This document shows positions 63,301 to 64,000 of a stretch of DNA of 64,000 nt, in pieces. The notes below the pieces were generated by a model. It was not told where the DNA came from, did not search any database, and worked only from the letters and a program-made list of their open reading frames with translations. Position 1 is the stretch's first letter. Each line of letters starts with the position of its first letter. The stretch covers positions 9,300,001 through 9,364,000 of the forward strand of contig CM120642.1 of the NCBI GenBank assembly GCA_051362555.1, given 5' to 3'. The position numbers were made by a program, and so were the translations under genes. Source of the DNA: Lingula anatina (Eukaryota > Animalia > Brachiopoda).

Positions 63301-64000
63301 TAGACATGAAAAAGGTAAAGGCCAAAATGGTACATTTACCCATAACACTAGAGTAAAAAATTGGTATTCTGAACAAATCAGGTTATTTTTTTCAAGAAAT
63401 ATTGGAGCAGCATCCATGCAATATATACCACGCCACGACCAAGATGTTCAAGAATCTAAACACACCAATTTTTTTTATAATCTTGCATTTGAAAAGTACA
63501 AAAAGCGGTAAGGCTTTTGGCCGTAACAAGCGTAACACTTTTTGATCGGAACTCATGAAAATTGTCAATTGTCGTATCCAAGCTAGACCACATGTAAAAT
63601 CGCAAAAAAAAACAATACTGCTCAAGCAAGTGTGTTGCACACATAACAATTAGTTAAATTTTATGACTGTCATGTGACACAAGTTTCAAAAAGTAGGAGG
63701 AAAATGTCTTTTGGAGTAATTTTTTTTCGAAATATTAACAAGATGGCGGCTTAAGCATCTGCTTGTTATTCGGCTACTGAAAGTGCACCTAAGTTTTATT
63801 CTTTGCTATTGCCACAAATTTCTTAACAATTGCAACTGTATAAAGACCAAACTTTCTTCATCTGATACTATATTTATAGGCACTTGTTATGAGTGGGAAA
63901 TATTTTTCGTGCAATATTTATTCTCCACACACCACCTCGCGAGATCAACGTGTAGCTGGACACTTACACAGTGAGACCCTACGACATAAAAGTTGCAATT

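Noticed and set aside
63390-64000. CpG-richer block that may be an interspersed repeat or the next GTF3C5 exon
   Set aside because: No DFQY-type GTF3C5 continuation in a compatible phase and no definable element ends.
1-64000. tRNA, rRNA, CRISPR or prokaryotic operon features
   Set aside because: None seen; most ORF-track entries are chance ORFs in AT-rich introns.

Overview
This is AT-rich, intron-rich animal genomic DNA, probably from an invertebrate bilaterian (mollusc-like; inferred from repeat types). It is not prokaryotic. The minus strand from about 57 kb down to base 1 carries most of a cGMP-stimulated phosphodiesterase gene (PDE2A orthologue). I reconstructed it by hand, exon by exon, with GT-AG boundaries and consistent phases: N-terminal region, GAF-A, GAF-B and the start of the catalytic domain, which runs off the window. 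The first three coding exons of GTF3C5 (TFIIIC63/Tfc1) start divergently at about 59.55 kb. The main discovery is an elaborate PDE2 isoform system: (1) a 2,529-nt in-frame extension of a 40-nt exon, able to insert about 843 disordered residues with AKAP-like and PP1-docking-like motifs at the start of GAF-B, or to make a non-catalytic truncated protein; (2) a duplicated 78-nt exon pair encoding the GAF-B-to-catalytic linker helix, one copy followed by RBFOX/QKI motifs; (3) a second alternative exon pair inside GAF-A; (4) at least two first coding exons, one resembling the mitochondrial-targeting N-terminus of mammalian PDE2A2; (5) a triplicated exon end giving in-frame alternative donors. Introns hold several MITEs, a Helentron-type non-autonomous element, a SINE remnant and simple repeats. 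Homology statements rely on recalled mammalian sequences, not on a database search.
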